A stretch of DNA of 64,000 nucleotides from Shigella phage vB_SsoM_113, in sequence record LR746311. One strand, written 5' to 3'. Under the pieces are notes generated by a model. The model saw nothing but the letters and a program-made list of their open reading frames with translations. It did not search any database and was not told the origin of the DNA. How positions within the stretch are numbered: the first letter of the stretch is position 1; each line of letters begins with the position of its first letter. The position numbers were made by a program, and so were the translations under genes. This document shows positions 58,256 to 64,000 of this stretch, one piece after another.

Positions 58256-58905
58256 TTAAACTCCGCATGCCTGCTGGTGGTGAAAGATACATTGATGGTA
58301 AATCAGTTTATAAATTATACTTAATGATAAAACAACATATGAATGGAAAGTATGATGTAATTAAGTATAATTGGTGCATGCGGGTGTCTGATGCCGCTTA
58401 TCAAAAGCGAAGGGATAAGTATTTTTTCCAGAAGTTATCAGAAAAATATAAATTAAAGGAACTTGCTTTAATCTTTATAAGCAATCTTGTTGCTAACCAA
58501 GATGCTTGGATTGGTGACATCTCTGACGCTGATGCACTTGTGTTTTATCGTGAATATATCGGACGCTTAAAGCAAATTAAATTTAAGTTTGAAGAAGATA
58601 TTCGCAACATTTATTATTTTAGTAAAAAAGTTGAAGTTTCTGCTTTTAAAGAAATCTTTGAGTATAATCCAAAAGTCCAATCAAGTTATATTTTTAAACT
58701 ACTTCAATCGAATATAATTTCGTTTGAGACGTTTATCTTGCTTGATTCGTTTTTAAATATAATCGATAAACATGATGAACAGACTGATAATTTAGTCTGG
58801 AATAATTATTCTATAAAGTTAAAGGCTTATAGAAAAATTTTAAATATTGATTCACAGAAAGCCAAAAGTGTTTTTATTGAAACTGTGAAATCTTGCAAGT
58901 ATTAA
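58252..58905 (+). CDS. 59: helicase loader gp59
   Basis: 217-aa product MIKLRMPAGGERYIDGKSVYKLYLMIKQHMNGKYD. Confidence 0.93.
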   Translation: MIKLRMPAGGERYIDGKSVYKLYLMIKQHMNGKYDVIKYNWCMRVSDAAYQKRRDKYFFQKLSEKYKLKELALIFISNLVANQDAWIGDISDADALVFYREYIGRLKQIKFKFEEDIRNIYYFSKKVEVSAFKEIFEYNPKVQSSYIFKLLQSNIISFETFILLDSFLNIIDKHDEQTDNLVWNNYSIKLKAYRKILNIDSQKAKSVFIETVKSCKY

Positions 58906-58906
58906 T

Positions 58907-59539
58907 ATGAATATAGTATATTGGTTTACATTTGAAGACCGTGTCAAAAATAAGACTCCGCCATACTACTATATCGGTAGTAAATTAAATTGCTCATTTG
59001 AGAACGGAATAATATATGACTCTTCCGGAAAGGAATACTGGAGCTCATGTAAACAAAAAAGATTTTTGAATGCGGTAATGCTTCAAAAACCGAGCGTTAA
59101 AATAATTCAAATTGATGATGACTTGGATGTTATTGAAGCAGAACGAAAATACCAACTTGAAGTAAATGCCAGAGATAATCCAGATTATTTCAATCTGGTA
59201 TATGCTGGTGGTGGATTTGGTGTGAGTGGTGAAACTCATCCAGCCAAAGACCCGGAAGTTAGAGAGCATATGAGATTGGCTAATTATATGAACCGTGACG
59301 ATTTTAGACCTTGGAAAACATCACGAGCTAATATAGAGTCTTGGAAATTATCTCATATTGCTTACGAGAATTATGTGTTATTATTATCCTCTAATCTTTA
59401 CGGTAAAACTCCTGGATGGCGAAGAGTTAAAGGTAATATAAATATAACTGATACAACTGCTAAATCGATGGTAAAGTATTTCAACTCAGGTTGGATACCT
59501 CTCGAAGACCCAGAGTATTGCGAATTATGCCAGCTATGA
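58907..59539 (+). CDS. GIY-YIG homing endonuclease-like protein (SegG-like by position, upstream of gene 32)
   Basis: N-terminal ...VY...YYYIGSK motif; paralogous to the 3357 ORF. Confidence 0.65.
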   Translation: MNIVYWFTFEDRVKNKTPPYYYIGSKLNCSFENGIIYDSSGKEYWSSCKQKRFLNAVMLQKPSVKIIQIDDDLDVIEAERKYQLEVNARDNPDYFNLVYAGGGFGVSGETHPAKDPEVREHMRLANYMNRDDFRPWKTSRANIESWKLSHIAYENYVLLLSSNLYGKTPGWRRVKGNINITDTTAKSMVKYFNSGWIPLEDPEYCELCQL

Positions 59540-59588
59540 GGTAAAGTGTCATAGCACCAACTGTTAATTAAATTAAAAAGGAAATAAA

Positions 59589-60497
59589 ATGTTTAAACGT
59601 AAATCTACTGCTGAACTTGCTGCACAAATGGCTAAACTGAATGGCAATAAAGGTGGTTTTTCTTCTGAAGATAAAGGCGAGTGGAAACTGAAACTCGATA
59701 ATGCGGGTAACGGTCAAGCAGTAATTCGTTTTCTTCCGTCTAAAAATGATGAACAAGCACCATTCGCAATTCTTGTAAATCACGGTTTCAAGAAAAATGG
59801 TAAATGGTATATTGAAACATGTTCATCTACCCACGGTGATTACGATTCTTGTCCAGTATGTCAGTACATCAGTAAAAATGATTTGTACAATACTGACAAT
59901 AAAGAGTACGGTCTTGTTAAACGTAAAACTTCTTACTGGGCTAACATTCTTGTAGTAAAAGACCCGGCTGCTCCAGAAAATGAAGGTAAAGTATTTAAAT
60001 ACCGCTTCGGTAAGAAAATCTGGGATAAAATCAATGCAATGATTGCAGTTGATGTTGAAATGGGTGAAACTCCGGTTGATGTAACTTGTCCGTGGGAAGG
60101 TGCTAACTTTGTACTGAAAGTTAAACAAGTTTCTGGTTTTAGTAACTACGACGAATCTAAATTCCTGAATCAATCTGCGATTCCAAACATTGATGATGAA
60201 TCTTTCCAGAAAGAACTGTTCGAACAAATGGTTGACCTTTCTGAAATGACTTCTAAAGATAAATTCAAATCGTTTGAAGAACTGAGCACTAAATTCAGTC
60301 AAGTTATGGGAACTGCTGCTATGGGTGGTGCCGCAGCGACTGCCGCTAAGAAAGCTGATAAAGTTGCTGATGATTTGGATGCATTCAATGTTGACGACTT
60401 CAATACAAAAACTGAAGATGATTTTATGAGCTCAAGCTCCGGTAGTTCATCTAGTGCTGATGACACGGACCTGGATGACCTTTTGAATGACCTTTAA
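59589..60497 (+). CDS. 32: single-stranded DNA-binding protein gp32
   Basis: 302 aa; zinc site and acidic C-terminal tail [17 protein letters not shown]. Confidence 0.95.
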   Translation: MFKRKSTAELAAQMAKLNGNKGGFSSEDKGEWKLKLDNAGNGQAVIRFLPSKNDEQAPFAILVNHGFKKNGKWYIETCSSTHGDYDSCPVCQYISKNDLYNTDNKEYGLVKRKTSYWANILVVKDPAAPENEGKVFKYRFGKKIWDKINAMIAVDVEMGETPVDVTCPWEGANFVLKVKQVSGFSNYDESKFLNQSAIPNIDDESFQKELFEQMVDLSEMTSKDKFKSFEELSTKFSQVMGTAAMGGAAATAAKKADKVADDLDAFNVDDFNTKTEDDFMSSSSGSSSSADDTDLDDLLNDL

Positions 60498-60519
60498 TAG
60501 ATTATATTACTAATTAATT

Positions 60520-60545
60520 GGGGACCCTAGAGGTCCCCTTTTTTT
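60520..60545 (+). terminator. rho-independent terminator after gene 32
   Basis: ggggacc-ctaga-ggtcccc hairpin then T7 tract. Confidence 0.75.
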
Positions 60546-60570
60546 ATTTTAAAAATTTTTTCACAAAACA

Positions 60571-60600
60571 GTTTACATACCACAAGGACTGTGGTACTAT
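60571..60600 (+). promoter_or_regulatory. T4-type early promoter (copy of the 39163 cassette)
   Basis: GTTTACataccacaaggactgtggTACTATacaactatc. Confidence 0.55.
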
Positions 60601-60643
60601 ACAACTATCGGCAATACTGCTGATGATTAAAGAGGAAAATAAT

Positions 60644-60871
60644 ATGGCTAAAGTTGATATTGACATCGTTGATTTTGAATATATTGAAGAAATTATTCGT
60701 AATCGTTATCCTGGACTTAGTATCACAAGCGTACAAGATTCTAAGTTTTGGAGTATTCAAATCGTTATTGAAGGTCCTCTTGAAGACCTCACTCGTTTTA
60801 TGGCTAATGAATATTGTGATGGTATGGATTCTGAAGACGCAGAATTTTACATGGGACTGATTGAACAATAA
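60644..60871 (+). CDS. hypothetical protein (75 aa)
   Basis: GAGGAAA RBS, ATG 60644. Confidence 0.5.
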   Translation: MAKVDIDIVDFEYIEEIIRNRYPGLSITSVQDSKFWSIQIVIEGPLEDLTRFMANEYCDGMDSEDAEFYMGLIEQ

Positions 60872-60915
60872 TTATCAAGGGGCTATAAAGCCCCTATTAA
60901 AATGAGGAAAACATA

Positions 60916-61296
60916 ATGTATATTGGCAAAAAGTATGAACTTGTTCCAAGACTTATTGATACATTTATTAATTATAGCCCACGATCCAACGCGTCAATAG
61001 TTAAAATTATTCGAGAAAATGGCGGGTGGTTTGAAGTTAAAGAAGTTTTCTTTGCTAATGGATTTAAAGCGGTAAAACACATTGAATGCGCTAATGGAAA
61101 GCATTTTTACCTTAAAGATAGACTTTTAGAAATTTGCGAAGATGAATTTCATTGTTTCCGTGAGTATAAAGAACCGACTTCTGAAGAAGATGAAATCGAA
61201 GACAAGGTTTCTGGCGTAACAAAAATTCACTGCATTGTTGACGAAAACAACGTAGACGAAATCATTGAACTTTTGCGAAAAACTTTTAAGGCCTAA
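60916..61296 (+). CDS. hypothetical protein (126 aa)
   Basis: GAGGAAA RBS. Confidence 0.55.
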   Translation: MYIGKKYELVPRLIDTFINYSPRSNASIVKIIRENGGWFEVKEVFFANGFKAVKHIECANGKHFYLKDRLLEICEDEFHCFREYKEPTSEEDEIEDKVSGVTKIHCIVDENNVDEIIELLRKTFKA

Positions 61297-61297
61297 T

Positions 61298-61558
61298 ATG
61301 ACTAAAGATGATTTCCTGGATGCGGTAGAAAAAGCTAGTGAGAAATTTGAAGTGATGGGTGTACGGGTCCATAAAGACAGAAATTACGGACTCGATATTC
61401 AAACGTATTCGTTATGGCTTGTGGGTGAACACAGTCTTGTAACCAGTTTAGTTATGGGTGTCGATACCTATCCTCTATTGGTTAAGTTCAGAAGTATGGA
61501 AAAGGCTACTAAAGAAATGATTAAGCTTGGTAAGTGGCTCGATAAAATTCAAAAATAA
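61298..61558 (+). CDS. hypothetical protein (86 aa)
   Basis: AAGG RBS, ATG 61298. Confidence 0.45.
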   Translation: MTKDDFLDAVEKASEKFEVMGVRVHKDRNYGLDIQTYSLWLVGEHSLVTSLVMGVDTYPLLVKFRSMEKATKEMIKLGKWLDKIQK

Positions 61559-61560
61559 TT

Positions 61561-61590
61561 GTTTACAACAGGCTATAGTAGTGATACTAT
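61561..61590 (+). promoter_or_regulatory. T4-type early promoter with 10-bp inverted repeat in the spacer
   Basis: GTTTAC 61561-61566; aggctatagt/actatagcct arms; TACTAT 61585-61590. Confidence 0.5.
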
Positions 61591-61615
61591 AGCCTTATTA
61601 ACTAAGGAGAATAAA

Positions 61616-61858
61616 ATGAGATTACAACGTCAGAGCATTAAAGATTCAGAAGTTAGAGGTAAATGGTATTTTAATATCATCGGTAAAGATTCTGAACTTG
61701 TTGAAAAAGCTGAACGTCTTTTGCGTGATATGGGATGGGAAGATGAATGTGATGGATGCTCTCTTTATGAGGATGGAGAAAGCGCAGGATTCTGGATTTA
61801 TCATTCTGATGTTGATCAGTTTAAAGCTGATTGGAAAATTGTGAAAAAGTCTGTTTGA
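61616..61858 (+). CDS. hypothetical protein (80 aa)
   Basis: AAGGAGAA RBS, ATG 61616. Confidence 0.5.
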   Translation: MRLQRQSIKDSEVRGKWYFNIIGKDSELVEKAERLLRDMGWEDECDGCSLYEDGESAGFWIYHSDVDQFKADWKIVKKSV

Positions 61859-61868
61859 GAAAAATATT

Positions 61869-62224
61869 ATGTCTAACATTCATATAACTGGAATTACCCA
61901 AGTAAAAATTCGTTGCCAACTTAAAACCGCGCCTGGGACGGCTTTTATTAATTTATCACACGACATAGATTCCCGTGAAAGCCAGTTAATGGGTGTAATT
62001 ACATTTTACGCTGGATTTGGCGGAAACGAATTTACTGTAGGCGAAATTGTCGGCCGTAAATTAAAAGTTCAGAAGAACGTATTAGAACTTTTTAATGACC
62101 TTTACGATGATAGTGACGAAGTTTTTGATGAAATCGCGCAAGCAGTTAACAGAGGAATGGTAACTTTAGTTAAAATGATTGACGCTAGCGGATATGCTCA
62201 TGACCCTTTTCAATGGGAGATAAT

Positions 62225-62228
<4 letters not shown>
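61869..62228 (+). CDS. hypothetical protein (119 aa)
   Basis: ATG ORF. Confidence 0.55.
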
Positions 62229-63256
<1,028 letters not shown>

Positions 63257-63257
<1 letters not shown>

Positions 63258-64000
63258 TGAAACAATACCAATTTTTAATTAAAGATATCCTGGAAAATGG
63301 CTATGAAACCGATGACCGAACAGGCACAGGAACAATTGCTCTGTTCGGTACTAAATTACGCTGGGATTTAACTAAAGGTTTTCCTGCAGTAACGACTAAG
63401 AAGCTCGCCTGGAAAGCTTGCATTGCTGAACTAATATGGTTTTTATCGGGAAGCACAAATGTCAATGATTTGCGATTAATTCAACATGATTCATTAATTC
63501 AAGGCAAAACCGTTTGGGATGAAAATTACGAAAATCAAGCAAAAGATTTAGGATACCATAGCGGTGAACTTGGTCCAATTTATGGAAAACAATGGCGCGA
63601 TTTTGGCGGTGTAGACCAAATTATAGAAGTTGTTGATCGTATTAAAAAACTGCCAAATGATAGACGTCAAATTGTTTCTGCATGGAATCCAGCTGAACTT
63701 AAATATATGTCATTACCACCTTGTCATATGTTTTATCAATTTAATGCGCGTAATGGCTATTTGGATTTGCAGTGGTATCAACGTTCAGTAGATGTTTTCC
63801 TCGGTCTTCCATTTAATATTGCGTCATATGCTGCGTTAGTTCATATTGTAGCTAAGATGTGTAATCTTATTCCGGGAGATTTGATATTTTCTGGCGGTAA
63901 TACTCATATCTATATGAATCACGTAGAACAATGTAAAGAAATTTTGCGTCGTGAACCTAAAGAGCTTTGTGAACTGGTAATAGGCGGATTGCCTTATAAA
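63257..64000 (+). CDS. td: thymidylate synthase (td), 5' 248 codons, truncated by window end; no intron within this span
   Basis: MKQYQFLIKDILENGYETDDRTGTGT ... PPCHMFYQF active-site region, uninterrupted open frame. Confidence 0.93.

Overview
This window is a contiguous segment of a T-even (T4-like, Tequatrovirus-type) coliphage genome, read in the direction of early transcription. Gene order is colinear with the T4 map from late sigma factor gene 55 through the replication/recombination cluster (agt, 47, 46, 45, 44, 62, regA, 43, imm, 42, uvsX, 40, 41, dmd, sp, 61, 56, soc, modB, modA, srd, dda, dexA), topoisomerase 39, rIIA, rIIB, denB, ndd, stp, ac, 52, motA and asiA. It then runs into the convergent late lysis/tail-fibre block on the minus strand (t, 38, 37, 36, 35, 34) and resumes on the plus strand with rnh, dsbA, 33, 59, 32, frd and the 5' 248 codons of td. 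All calls rest on recognising the translated ORFs, gene order, ribosome-binding sites and T4-style promoter and terminator motifs; no database search was run. The genome is a mosaic relative to T4: gp38 is a T2-type glycine-rich adhesin, gene 39 is one fused 605-aa ORF with no split gene 60 or bypass element, td is intronless, no dam-like ORF sits between 61 and 56, a GT-A fold glycosyltransferase occupies the beta-gt locus, and three GIY-YIG homing-endonuclease-like genes are inserted between core genes. The most interesting unexplained content is an antisense small membrane-protein gene between 61 and 56, the motA-asiA and soc-modB islands of unassigned small proteins, an extra ORF between frd and td, and runs of tiny hydrophobic ORFs. 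I did not find a single discrete new multi-gene system; the candidates are listed individually.
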